DNA from: Porticoccaceae bacterium | GTDB taxonomy: Bacteria > Pseudomonadota > Gammaproteobacteria > Pseudomonadales > Porticoccaceae | DNA: 64,000 nucleotides | Assembly: GCA_038150705.1 (NCBI GenBank) | Contig: JAYOUA010000001.1 | Location: 39,673 to 103,672 of the forward strand | Direction of reading: 5' to 3' | Shown: piece after piece, positions 1 to 9,655 of the stretch | How positions within the stretch are numbered: the stretch's first letter is position 1 | How the letters are laid out: every line of letters starts with the position of its first letter | The notes under the pieces: generated by a model | What the model was told of the DNA's origin: nothing | Seen by the model: the letters and a program-made list of their open reading frames with translations, nothing else | Database searches by the model: none | Translations under genes and position numbers: made by a program

Positions 1-1430
1 TGCTTGGAGACGAGCTATTTAGAAAGGCCACAGACCTGTATTTTCAGCGCCACGATGGCCAGGCAGTAACGATTGAAGAGTTTGTGAAGGCTATGGAAGA
101 TGCCAGTGGCCGCGATTTCACCCAGTTCCGCCGCTGGTACAAACAGTCCGGCACACCTCATTTAAAGGTCAGTTCTCACTACGATGCTGCGGATAAAACA
201 TTGACCCTAGATTTTGCCCAGAGCTGCCCGGCAACCCCCGGCCAGCCGCAAAAGCAGGCTTTTGTGATTCCGGTAAAACTGGGTCTGGTTGGCAACTCGG
301 GCGATCTGCCACTAAATGCCAATGGCGATACAGAGATTGTTTACGAGGTCAATGAAACCACTCAACAGCTGGTGATTGAAAATATTCATGAGCCCCCCGT
401 GCCCTCATTGTTGCGCGGTTTATCGGCTCCGGTAAAACTCGATTACCCTTACAGCTTCGATCAGCTCGCCCATCTGATGGCCAATGACAGTGATGGCTTT
501 AATCGCTGGGATGCAAGCCAGAAGCTGGGTTTTGCCCTGTTGCAGAGGTTGACCGAGGACAGCCTGCACCAGCGTCCGCTGGTAATGGATAAGCAGCTGG
601 TCGACGCCTATGACGATCTGCTCAGTGATTTCGGTCTCGATCCTGCAATGGTCGACCTGATGCTGCAGCTGCCCAGTGAGGCGCAACTTCACGAAGAGGC
701 AGATATTATTCATGTGGATGCAATTCACAGTGCCCGCAAGTTTGTTCGCAAATCCCTTGCAGAGGCGCTGTCGGACAAGTTCCTGGCGATTTATCAGCGC
801 CATAATATTGAGCAGCTCTATGCCCCCGAGGCGGGACAGATTGGCCGCCGCGCCCTGAAGAATGTGGCGCTTAGTTATTTAATGCTGGTGGATAATATTG
901 GTGTTGAGCTAGCCTGGAAGCAGTTTCAGGATGCCGACAATATGACTGACAAGGCCGCGGCGCTGGCCTGCCTGGTCAACTGCCCGGCAGCTGCCGAGCA
1001 TGCCGCCAGAGCGCTGGCCGAGTTTGAGAAAGAGTATCGGGATGAGGGGTTGGTTATGAACCTGTGGTTGCAGATTCAGGCAACCAATAGCCAGTCCGGT
1101 GGCCTGCAGCGTGTGAAGTCACTGCTTGAGCACGCGGCCTTTAATATGAGCAATCCAAATAAAATTCGCAGTCTTATCGGTGCTTTTTGTAGCGCTAACC
1201 CGGTTAATTTTCATGCTACCGATGGCTCTGGTTACCAGTTCCTGACGGCGCATATTCTCGCCCTAAACAGCCAGAATCCACAGGTGGCAGCGCGACTTGT
1301 AACCCCCTTGACGCGCTGGAAGAAGTTTCCCGAGCCGAACCGCCAACAGATGCGCGATGCTCTGCAGAAAATTGCCGATGAGCCAAATTTGGTGAAAGAT
1401 ATTTACGAAATTGCCACTAAATCCCTCTAG
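1..1430 (+). CDS. pepN: Aminopeptidase N, C-terminal part (5' end outside window)
   Basis: Frame is open from the window start (LGDELFRKATDLYFQRHDGQAVTIEEFVKAM). C-terminus has PepN-type NPNKIRSLIGAF and NPQVAARL. Confidence 0.95.
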   Translation, partial: LGDELFRKATDLYFQRHDGQAVTIEEFVKAMEDASGRDFTQFRRWYKQSGTPHLKVSSHYDAADKTLTLDFAQSCPATPGQPQKQAFVIPVKLGLVGNSGDLPLNANGDTEIVYEVNETTQQLVIENIHEPPVPSLLRGLSAPVKLDYPYSFDQLAHLMANDSDGFNRWDASQKLGFALLQRLTEDSLHQRPLVMDKQLVDAYDDLLSDFGLDPAMVDLMLQLPSEAQLHEEADIIHVDAIHSARKFVRKSLAEALSDKFLAIYQRHNIEQLYAPEAGQIGRRALKNVALSYLMLVDNIGVELAWKQFQDADNMTDKAAALACLVNCPAAAEHAARALAEFEKEYRDEGLVMNLWLQIQATNSQSGGLQRVKSLLEHAAFNMSNPNKIRSLIGAFCSANPVNFHATDGSGYQFLTAHILALNSQNPQVAARLVTPLTRWKKFPEPNRQQMRDALQKIADEPNLVKDIYEIATKSL

Positions 1431-1617
1431 GCAGAATGTTGACAAACAGTTCTGACAAATAGCGGCTGGTAATGCGGAGATTGTTGTCTATGCTTTAAAT
1501 ATCAGGTCGGTATTATCCTTTTTTGCCAGCTTGATACTTGCGACCGGGCTGTTTATTCCGGCAGCGAATGACTAATCCCCATTCAGGGTCGTCAAGGACA
1601 GATGTAACTCCATTTAA

Positions 1618-1643
1618 GAGGGGCCTAACCAGCCCCTTTTTTT
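1618..1643 (+). terminator. Rho-independent terminator ~190 nt after pepN
   Basis: AGGGGC-ctaacca-GCCCCT followed by a T7 tract. Confidence 0.7.
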
Positions 1644-1675
1644 ATGGCTTCGGTTATCCCGCAGAGTCTCTGTAT

Positions 1676-1710
1676 TGTCATCCCGAGATAGCGCAGCGAC
1701 GAGGGATCTC
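1676..1710. repeat. REP-like 35-bp element, copy 1
   Basis: TGTCATCCCGAG...ACGAGGGATCTC; its reverse complement matches 38008-38042 at 28/35 positions. Confidence 0.65.
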
Positions 1711-2659
1711 AATCAAATCGACTATCCAACCATCCCAGCAGATCATCATAGACCTCGAGCCTGTTGGTCTCATTGAGCATCTCGTGGCGTCCCTCTGGGT
1801 AGAGCTTGAGAAGAGTATCCCTGACTCCGGCTTTCCTGAGCACTGCGAGTAATTTTTTAACCCCTTCACCTTGTCCACCCACCGGGTCCTGTGCCCCAGA
1901 AAACAGATAGATCGGCAGCTCGGGATCGATTTTAGCCATTTCCTGCGGGGCTGATATAACCCCCAGACCACTAAAAAAGTCATACCAGGATTGCGAAGAG
2001 ATCGCTCCGCCACAGCAGGGGTCGGCGATATAGGCATCGACCACAGCTTCGTCTCTCGACAGCCAGTCCTTGGCCGTGCGGTTTGGCTTAAAGTCATCGT
2101 TAAATGATCCTAGAGAAAGACCCTCCAGTAGATTGCTAACTCTGCGCCTGCCGAGCCTGAGACTTTCAATTTTGGCAAGTGCCGCCACTATTTTGCACGT
2201 CCAGGGCGGTGCATAGTTGGAACCGGAGAGAATAAGGCCGCGCAGCCGACCGCCAAGCGCAGCACCCTGGTTTGGGTAGGTCTGGCAGAAGCGCATGGCT
2301 ATAAATGAGCCCATACTGTGCCCGAGAACTATTAAGGGCAGATTCTGCTGTCCGGCAAGGTGCTCAATAAGCTGGTACTGGTCATCAACCATTTGATTCC
2401 AGCCATTGCTGTCGGCCAGATGATAGAGATTGTCATTGGCACTGCCGGTTGCGCCATGGCCGCGGTGATCATCGGCGCTGACTAGATAGCCCTGCTGATT
2501 GAGATAGTTGGCGAGATGTTCGTAGCGGGCGCTGTGTTCGGCCATGCCGTGGATAATATGAATCCAGGCTTTAGGCTGTTGGCCAGGTTGTGGTGACCAC
2601 TGGTGGTAGTAATAGTCTCCCGAGTCACCGCTGCTAAAGGAAATGCACTCAAGGCTCAT
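1709..2659 (-). CDS. Alpha/beta hydrolase, lysophospholipase/monoglyceride lipase (PldB-like)
   Basis: IIHGMAEHSARY, DHRGHG, nucleophile elbow GHSMG, C-terminal RHEMLNE. Confidence 0.85.
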   Translation of the reverse strand: MSLECISFSSGDSGDYYYHQWSPQPGQQPKAWIHIIHGMAEHSARYEHLANYLNQQGYLVSADDHRGHGATGSANDNLYHLADSNGWNQMVDDQYQLIEHLAGQQNLPLIVLGHSMGSFIAMRFCQTYPNQGAALGGRLRGLILSGSNYAPPWTCKIVAALAKIESLRLGRRRVSNLLEGLSLGSFNDDFKPNRTAKDWLSRDEAVVDAYIADPCCGGAISSQSWYDFFSGLGVISAPQEMAKIDPELPIYLFSGAQDPVGGQGEGVKKLLAVLRKAGVRDTLLKLYPEGRHEMLNETNRLEVYDDLLGWLDSRFD

Positions 2660-2745
2660 GGGTTGCCTCTTTTATTGTTGTTTTTTACTAGGCTTTGGTT
2701 TTAGTAGTTCCCTCGGCTTCGTTCAGGGTGACCAGGTTTGCATGG

Positions 2746-3525
2746 TCACTTTTTTCTGCGGCGTTTTCTGGTTAAGTGGTTGAACAGGTCTACATATTGC
2801 CCAGTCAGTTTGTGAGAGGGCGCCATGTAAATAAGTGGCATGCACTCATTGTGGGACTCTTTCATTTTTACCGATTGATTTAAATAGGTCGGGATAATAG
2901 GCAGCTTTTCCTTTTTCATCTCGGCAATTAAACGGGTCGGCAGCGATGCCATTGGCTGGAACTGATTTACGACAATGCCACCAATATCCAGATCGTCATT
3001 GTGGTCTTCACGAATCTCATAAATGACATCGAGGATAGAGTAGAGTGCCTGCCTGGAAAAGGCATCGCAGTCAAAGGGAATTAGGCAGCTATCGGCGCAG
3101 ATCAACGCCGATCTGGTATAGAAATTTAGTGCCGGTGCCGTGTCGATATAAATTTCATCGAATTCTTTATCGAGCTTCTTGAGCAGATCCCGAAGCTTGT
3201 AGATTTTTTGCCGGGTTTCAAGTTTATGCTCCAGTGTCAGCAGCTGTGTACTGGAGGGTAGAACAGAGAGATTTTCGTAGGGTGATGGGTGGACATAATC
3301 CATTGGCTCATTGAGCTTAGAAGAGAATTCAAGAGTGCCATCAAAATAATCAGCTACGGTGTTTTCTTCCGGTGTTTCGCCAAGCAGATAGTGCGTTGAG
3401 TTGCACTGGGAGTCGAGATCTACAACCAGAGTACGCTTGCCCCGCGAGGCACTGATAGCTGCCAAATTACAGGTGATGCTCGATTTGCCAACGCCGCCTT
3501 TTTCGTTAAATACCACTCTTCGCAT
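2746..3525 (-). CDS. ParA/Soj-family ATPase (orphan, no adjacent parB)
   Basis: Deviant Walker A KGGVGKSS, VVDLDSQCN, IDTAP. Confidence 0.9.
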   Translation of the reverse strand: MRRVVFNEKGGVGKSSITCNLAAISASRGKRTLVVDLDSQCNSTHYLLGETPEENTVADYFDGTLEFSSKLNEPMDYVHPSPYENLSVLPSSTQLLTLEHKLETRQKIYKLRDLLKKLDKEFDEIYIDTAPALNFYTRSALICADSCLIPFDCDAFSRQALYSILDVIYEIREDHNDDLDIGGIVVNQFQPMASLPTRLIAEMKKEKLPIIPTYLNQSVKMKESHNECMPLIYMAPSHKLTGQYVDLFNHLTRKRRRKK

Positions 3526-3558
3526 TGATCTACTCCAATTGGGGAAGTTTGCCAGATT

Positions 3559-5331
3559 CTACCCAATGTTTTCGGTGGGATACAGCGGCTTTAGGCCATT
3601 GCTTGAAGTTTTACGCCGTTGTGCTGGAACATCCAGGCTTTTAAGCGCAGCGACCAGACATTTAATATCTACTTTTTCAGAGGGTTCGCGGTTGTAGAGA
3701 TTTTGATCGAGCAGTTTAAACTGGCTCCAAAGTGCTGGGTCAGTGTCCTCAGGACAGAGCTGGACAATTTCTTCCAGGGTTTTAATTTTTGCCCCGGGAA
3801 ACGCGCAACGCCCCCAGCTGAGAATAGCTTCGCGCACGGCCGCCAAATTCTCTGTAGCCGCTGCAGTTTCAATGGTTTTTATAGACTGCTTGAGTTTAAG
3901 TCTCGGGCTATCGGCGGCACCGCGATTAACTGTTTGCCTGTTGTGTTGCACTGGGCGCTTGAGAAGCAGGGCTGCTAGCAATGCGAGAAGCAGTGCATTG
4001 AGTGCCAGGGATAGCTGGAGTAACCAAGAGGGGCCAATTGAACTCGTGGTTAATTGTCCGTCATTGCTGTGTGCTGCGGTTGATTGGCTATCTATCATCT
4101 CTATAGGTGCAAGGTAGGCGTCATTGGTGGCTGTTGAATTCGCAGGAGCAGGGCCGACCTGTAAGTCTACGGCAGCCAGGGTCGCCGTTTGCATACGCTT
4201 GTTCACAGTGTCCCACCAGCCGATAGAAATTTCTGGCAGAGTAATTTTGCCTTCGCGGTTGGGCACCAGAGCAAAGGATTCCCGGCGAATACCAGTAATT
4301 CCGCTGGCAGCGACCTGTTCATCATATTGGGCCTGATCTGGATAGACTTTATAGTCACTACTCGGCTCGAGTCTCAGGGGCTGGATCTGAGCACCGGTCA
4401 GGCCTTTGGCACTGATGGTAACAGTGCGGGTAATGGGTTCGCCAACCACTAGTTGATCGAGATCGCTACTCCACTGCTGGCTCAACTGCAGTTGACTGCT
4501 GGGCATCCACTGGTCTGTTGCTGCTTGTACTGGTTTGGCCAGCACATTAATGGTTTTAGTTTCTGTATTGCGAATCAGCTGATTGCCCCTACTGCGAAAA
4601 AAGCTGCTCTGGCTATTGTTGGCAGTCTCGAAGGCGCTGATACCGATGGCTGGAATCTCCAGTTCACCACTGGTTTGGGGAAACAGCGCATAGACCATTT
4701 CCACCACGATATAGTCCCTTTTATCGATGCGCTTGCGAAATTGATTCTGGCTGGTTTTCTGAACTATAGCGCCGGGTACTGCGAGCTCCTCCAGCGATAG
4801 ATCAGTCAGTTGAACAGAGGTGTAGAGCCTATGAGTCAGCAGTAATTGCTCCTGTACATAGACAGTGGTTTTATCCACCAGAGTTTCTGTGTAAACCGCT
4901 TGCCCCGTGGCATTTGAGGGGCTGGCTTTGCGCACAGTTATCTCAATGGCATCACTGAAATCCTGTTTAAATTTTATTGAGGGTATCAGCAGCCTGCCGG
5001 GTCGTTTTGGCGTCAATGTCAGCTTCCAGTCAGTAAAGGACTCGGTGCGCCCATTGATCATACTGAACTGCTGTTGGCGATTATTGGAGAGAATATTGAA
5101 GTCCCTTCGCAGCACAGCGAAATCCGGTTCGTCAGTTAGCACCTGCGCATCGTAGCGAAGCGTTAGCTGCAGGGTTTCATTGCTATCGATCACAGTGCGA
5201 TCCGCAAGGGCAGTCAGTTTTGCCCAGCCCGGGCTGGATGCTGTCAGGGTAATAACCACGACTAGCAGGGGTCGGATCAATTTTCGCCAGGCGACCCTGG
5301 AGGATATTTTTGGCATAGTTCTCTTTTTCAT
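3559..5331 (-). CDS. batD: BatD-family protein
   Basis: Signal peptide, YVQEQLLLT, VGEPITRTVTISAKG and YKVYPDQ motifs; last gene of a MoxR-VWA operon. Confidence 0.8.
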   Translation of the reverse strand: MKKRTMPKISSRVAWRKLIRPLLVVVITLTASSPGWAKLTALADRTVIDSNETLQLTLRYDAQVLTDEPDFAVLRRDFNILSNNRQQQFSMINGRTESFTDWKLTLTPKRPGRLLIPSIKFKQDFSDAIEITVRKASPSNATGQAVYTETLVDKTTVYVQEQLLLTHRLYTSVQLTDLSLEELAVPGAIVQKTSQNQFRKRIDKRDYIVVEMVYALFPQTSGELEIPAIGISAFETANNSQSSFFRSRGNQLIRNTETKTINVLAKPVQAATDQWMPSSQLQLSQQWSSDLDQLVVGEPITRTVTISAKGLTGAQIQPLRLEPSSDYKVYPDQAQYDEQVAASGITGIRRESFALVPNREGKITLPEISIGWWDTVNKRMQTATLAAVDLQVGPAPANSTATNDAYLAPIEMIDSQSTAAHSNDGQLTTSSIGPSWLLQLSLALNALLLALLAALLLKRPVQHNRQTVNRGAADSPRLKLKQSIKTIETAAATENLAAVREAILSWGRCAFPGAKIKTLEEIVQLCPEDTDPALWSQFKLLDQNLYNREPSEKVDIKCLVAALKSLDVPAQRRKTSSNGLKPLYPTENIG

Positions 5332-5336
5332 AATAG

Positions 5337-7202
5337 TTACCAGCGCTCCTGTTGCCTTTCGCCCGGTGGCGCCGGGCGACGCTGCTCAAGGGCACGCTGT
5401 CGTGATTGATAGCGGAATTTCTCGCGCAGCAGACCGCCCGGATCATCGGGAACACGACGCAGCCACTGCTGCAGCTCCTGCTGAGCCTGTTTCTCTTCTT
5501 CGCTGAGCTCTTCGGCGGGCGCGCTTGAGATGTCCTTCTTGGTTTCTCGAGTCTGTTGCGCTTGTTGTTCAGCCTGCTCTTGGGTATCCGGCTCTTGAGT
5601 CTCCTGTTCCTGAGCTTTTTGTTCCTGAGCTTTTTGTTCTTGAGCTTTTTGTTCCTGTTCTTGTTGTTCTTGGGCCGATTGTTGGTCGGTTTCCTGCAGC
5701 TTTTGGTTCTGTTGCTGTTGGTTCTGGGAATTATTTTCCTGGGATTGAGACTGCTGTTGCTGATTTTGTTGCTGGTTTGGCTGACTCTGGTTTTGCTTCT
5801 GATTCTGCTGCTGTGCCTGTTGCTGCTGTTTAAGCTGCTCGACCAGATCGCGATTGGCCAGTGCATCCGCCATACCCGCTTGCATTTTCAGGGCCTGGTT
5901 GTAGGCTTCAATTGCGCCATCCAGATCGCCGGATTTAGCCAGCGCATTGCCGCGATTGTAGTGGCCGACGGCACTATCATTTTGCATAAACTCATCGATT
6001 GCTGTCTGGTAATCCCCGGCTTTATAGGCAGCACTGGCGCGCCACTGAGGATCGCTAAATAATGCCTGGGCCGCCTCGGCATCACCCTCCTGCAGTGCGC
6101 TACTGGCCTGCTGGTCTGCAGTTTGCCAGAGGTCGCGCCACTCCAGTGCGGAGGCCGGATCGGAAAACAGCGATGGTAGCAGCAGTAACAGGGCGATATT
6201 ACCTCTGCGGAAGCAGGCCAAAAGAATTGGCAGAAGTAAAAATATCAACCAGAACCCCTGATCATTCCAGAGATCAAAATCCCGCTGCAGCTCTTTGGTG
6301 GAATCCGGAAAACGCTCTTCGGTGGCCGCCAGCAAGGCGCGAATATCACTGTCATCGGCGCTTAGGGTTCTATAGCTACCACCGCTGTTGTGCGCGAGCA
6401 TTTGCAGAGAGGCGGCAGAAAGTTTGGGGACCAAAATTGCCCCATTGCTATCCTTGATAAACCCGCCGGAACCGCTGGGGATGGGTGCACCCTGTGGTGT
6501 GCCAATGCCCAAAATCGAGAGGCGAAATTTACCCGCTCGCTTTACCATCGATTGCACCGTGGCAAAGGCGGGACTGGCAACGCCGTCGGTAATCAGCAGC
6601 AGGTCACCCTGCTGATAACCGCCATTGATCGCCAGCTCCAGTGCGGTTTCCACCGCTTCTTCGGTATTGCTGCCATACACCGGCAGCAGCGCGGGCTGCA
6701 GTGTCGGCACCAGATTGATAATGGTATTGCTGTCCTCGGTAAGGGGCGAGAGTGTGTAGGCTTCGCCGCCGTAGACCACCAGTGCACTGTAGCCTTCACC
6801 GCGGTTATTGAGGATATCGATGAGTTTGTAGCGGGCGCGTGCCAGTCGACTGGGCTTGATATCTTCAGCCAACATTGATGGCGAGAGATCCATAATTAAA
6901 ATCAGTGCGCTGTCTTTTTTGTGAACTGGCTGTGGCAACTGCTGCCAGGTGGGGCCGGACAATGCCAGGCAGCTAACGATCCAGGCCAGCAATACCCAGT
7001 AGATTCCACGTTGTTTTTTTCTGTTATCTCCCTGCATTAAAAATGGCAATAGTGCCGGGTTAATAACTTTTTCCCAGTTGCCAGCACTGCGTTTTCGCCA
7101 CTGGGTAAAGGCTATGATCAGTAGTGCGGGAATCAGGCCGAGTAGTGCCAGTGGTCGCAGTAAGTGAAAGTCACTGAGACCAGTGCTTATAAATTCAAGC
7201 AT
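5337..7202 (-). CDS. VWA + TPR protein (BatB/BatC-like fusion) with Gln-rich linker; likely start 7202 (ORF track 7244)
   Basis: DLSPSM MIDAS, LLITDG, TPR YNRGNALAKSG, Q/E-rich tract, C-terminal QWLRRVPDDPGGLLREKF. Confidence 0.85.
   Translation of the reverse strand: MLEFISTGLSDFHLLRPLALLGLIPALLIIAFTQWRKRSAGNWEKVINPALLPFLMQGDNRKKQRGIYWVLLAWIVSCLALSGPTWQQLPQPVHKKDSALILIMDLSPSMLAEDIKPSRLARARYKLIDILNNRGEGYSALVVYGGEAYTLSPLTEDSNTIINLVPTLQPALLPVYGSNTEEAVETALELAINGGYQQGDLLLITDGVASPAFATVQSMVKRAGKFRLSILGIGTPQGAPIPSGSGGFIKDSNGAILVPKLSAASLQMLAHNSGGSYRTLSADDSDIRALLAATEERFPDSTKELQRDFDLWNDQGFWLIFLLLPILLACFRRGNIALLLLLPSLFSDPASALEWRDLWQTADQQASSALQEGDAEAAQALFSDPQWRASAAYKAGDYQTAIDEFMQNDSAVGHYNRGNALAKSGDLDGAIEAYNQALKMQAGMADALANRDLVEQLKQQQQAQQQNQKQNQSQPNQQQNQQQQSQSQENNSQNQQQQNQKLQETDQQSAQEQQEQEQKAQEQKAQEQKAQEQETQEPDTQEQAEQQAQQTRETKKDISSAPAEELSEEEKQAQQELQQWLRRVPDDPGGLLREKFRYQSRQRALEQRRPAPPGERQQERW
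5611..5655 (-). repeat. In-frame 15-bp tandem repeat x3 (QEQKA) inside the Gln-rich linker
   Basis: tgagctttttgttcc repeated three times, one substitution. Confidence 0.85.
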
Positions 7203-8199
7203 TTGACCTCCCCAATCTGTTGTTGGAAACAGCACAGACAGCAACCAGTAAACTCAGTGCAAAGGCGAGCCCAAGCGGCCAGTAATAGAGGGCGGCTACA
7301 GGGCGAATAGTTTCCGCATCCTGTTCTATGGGTTCGAGACGATTGAGTTCCTGGTAAATTTCCGCAAGCTCCTGTGGATTGCGTGCGCGAAAAAATTTCC
7401 CGCCGGTAGCACCAGCAATTCCGCGAAGAGTTTTCTCATCGAGATCTGCCGAGGGATTGGTCACCCGGGTGCCAAACAGACTGCGAGTCTCCATTGCCTC
7501 AGCGCCTATACCGATGGTATAAATTTTTACTTTGGCGCGGCTGGCCAGTTCGGCGGCTTTGAGGGGATCGAGCTCGCCGGCATTATTGGCGCCGTCGGTG
7601 AGCAGAATAACCACGCGGTGATTTTCCGGTCTCTCCTGAAGGCGCTTTACCGACAGGCCAATGGCATCACCGATAGCGGTGCCATTGCCGGCAAAACCCA
7701 GTTGCGCCTCATAGAGTAGGGTCTGCATGGTTTTGCGATCGAAGGTTAAAGGTGTTTGCAGGTAGGCTTTTTCACCAAACAGAATCAGCCCGAGGCGGTC
7801 GCCCTGGCGTTCAATAACAAAGTCACCGACCACCGCCTTTACCGCGATCAGTCGATTGACACTCTGGCCGTTGAGTTGCATATCTTCCCGCTCCATACTG
7901 CCGGAGATATCCACTGCTAATAAAATATCCCGGCCATTGGTGGGCAGTGCCACGGGTTCGCCGATCCACATCGGTCTGCAGAGTGCCAGCAGGGTGCTCA
8001 GCCAGATAAGCCATAGCGCACCCAGCAGAAACGACTTGCGCCAGTTTTTGGTGGCCGTGGAAGCGCTCTCTCCGGCGGCATTGGCCAACAGCGGTGCGCG
8101 CAGAGCGCGCAACTGCACGTCGGCTGGCCTGCGTCGCCACCTGTAGACCAGTGGTAGCGGGGCGAGCATCAGAATCCATGGCCAGAGTAGCTCTAACAT
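7195..8199 (-). CDS. batA: BatA-like VWA-domain membrane protein
   Basis: DISGSM MIDAS, GDRLGLILFG, GTAIGDAIG, LLTDGANN. Confidence 0.85.
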   Translation of the reverse strand: MLELLWPWILMLAPLPLVYRWRRRPADVQLRALRAPLLANAAGESASTATKNWRKSFLLGALWLIWLSTLLALCRPMWIGEPVALPTNGRDILLAVDISGSMEREDMQLNGQSVNRLIAVKAVVGDFVIERQGDRLGLILFGEKAYLQTPLTFDRKTMQTLLYEAQLGFAGNGTAIGDAIGLSVKRLQERPENHRVVILLTDGANNAGELDPLKAAELASRAKVKIYTIGIGAEAMETRSLFGTRVTNPSADLDEKTLRGIAGATGGKFFRARNPQELAEIYQELNRLEPIEQDAETIRPVAALYYWPLGLAFALSLLVAVCAVSNNRLGRSNA

Positions 8200-8714
8200 A
8201 GGCTTCTCTGGTCTGCGGTTTCTAGTTTATCTTCAGGCATATGCCGCTTGATCCAGGTTTTGGCGTCCGCGAACAGTTCATTGATCTCATGACTTTTAAG
8301 AGGGCTCGCGCTGTAAAGGACTTTATCCATATCCGCACTTAACCAATTAAAAACCGGCTTGTCACAGCTGTTTTGCATAAAGCAAATAAACGGCGCGATA
8401 CTCTGGCTGGCGGGATAATGATTGGGGTAGGCGCTTATAGCGGTCTGCTTTAACAGCTCAAAGAGTTCGCGCAGCTGCTGTGGTCCTTCGATTGAGGTCA
8501 GTTGCTTCAGTTTTCGCAGTGCCTGACGACGGTACAGCCTGGCACTGTAGTGACGGCAGCAGAGTTTGATAAGCCAGCCTAAGAATAGGCAGCCGCCAAT
8601 AATGACAAACCACCAGCCCGGCGCAAGTGGCCACCAGCTGATAGGTTCCGGGAGATGAATATCGCGCAGTTGATCCAGTGGATTTGTTGCAGTGCCCGCC
8701 ATGGGATTATTCAT
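8193..8714 (-). CDS. DUF4381-family protein
   Basis: LRDIHLPEPISWWPLAPGWW signature; typical position in the moxR operon. Confidence 0.85.
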   Translation of the reverse strand: MNNPMAGTATNPLDQLRDIHLPEPISWWPLAPGWWFVIIGGCLFLGWLIKLCCRHYSARLYRRQALRKLKQLTSIEGPQQLRELFELLKQTAISAYPNHYPASQSIAPFICFMQNSCDKPVFNWLSADMDKVLYSASPLKSHEINELFADAKTWIKRHMPEDKLETADQRSLC

Positions 8715-9655
8715 AAGCTGCGCCGTCCCCTGCGTCTTTTTCCGTAGGCCTGACTGAGTGTGCTCATCACCGGAGTGGCGCTATTAAAGGGCAGTAGGCC
8801 GGCTGACAGCTGTTGGCTGAACTTTTGAAGGCGTTGACAGCGCTCTGTGAAGGCATTGGCAAATGCTTGCCGCAGGCGCTTATCGCTGGTGTCGAGCAGC
8901 CGTTGATTCTCGCCATCACTGACGGCATAGAGCGCCGGCTCGGGCAGCTCGGTCTCAATACTGTCATAGACATGACAGAAGTTGAGATTGCCGTGACGAG
9001 CCAGTTCAAACAGCTGTCGATCGCATGCCGCGTCGAGATCGTGAAAGTCGCTGACAATAAATATAGTGGTGCCGGGCAGAGAAAAACGCCGCGTTTCCTC
9101 AAGTATATGGGCGAGGCTGTGCTGATCAGCGGCAGGCTTTAGTAACTGCTGGCTAAAGTCCACAAGTTCATGAATAAACTGCAAAACTGCATGGTGACTG
9201 CGGCGTGACTTAACATCCGCCTGATGCCCGGCGCCAAACACCAGACCGCCGACCCGGTCATTGGCATTGAGTCCGGCCCATGCCAGTGCCGCTGCAATTT
9301 CACAGGCCACCACCGATTTAAGCCGCTGGCTACCAAAAAACATACTGCTGCGCAGATCGCTGACCACCAGTACCGGGCGCTCGCGCTCTTCGCGATATAT
9401 TTTGGTGTGCGGGGTCTGGGTTTTGGCGGTAACTCGCCAGTCGATACTGCGCACATCATCGCCGGGCTGGTAGATTCGCACTTCCTCGAAGTCCATGCCG
9501 CGACCACGAAATTTCGAGCGGTGACCGCCAGCCATCATCTGCCGTGCCTGAATCCGTGGAAAAGCGGTTAGCTCGCTGGCTGCGTAACGCAGTTTGACCA
9601 TCTCGCTAAGGCTGGCGATGGCGGGGTGGTCGATGTTCTCTTGGCTGCGGGTCAT
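8711..9655 (-). CDS. DUF58 (VWA-like) protein
   Basis: GRGMDFEEVRIYQPGDDVRSIDWRVTA. Confidence 0.9.
   Translation of the reverse strand: MTRSQENIDHPAIASLSEMVKLRYAASELTAFPRIQARQMMAGGHRSKFRGRGMDFEEVRIYQPGDDVRSIDWRVTAKTQTPHTKIYREERERPVLVVSDLRSSMFFGSQRLKSVVACEIAAALAWAGLNANDRVGGLVFGAGHQADVKSRRSHHAVLQFIHELVDFSQQLLKPAADQHSLAHILEETRRFSLPGTTIFIVSDFHDLDAACDRQLFELARHGNLNFCHVYDSIETELPEPALYAVSDGENQRLLDTSDKRLRQAFANAFTERCQRLQKFSQQLSAGLLPFNSATPVMSTLSQAYGKRRRGRRSL

Noticed and set aside
5556-6062. 168-aa Leu-rich ORF that looks like a membrane protein
   Set aside because: Antisense shadow of the Gln-rich codons (CAG/CAA read as CTG/TTG) of the real minus-strand gene
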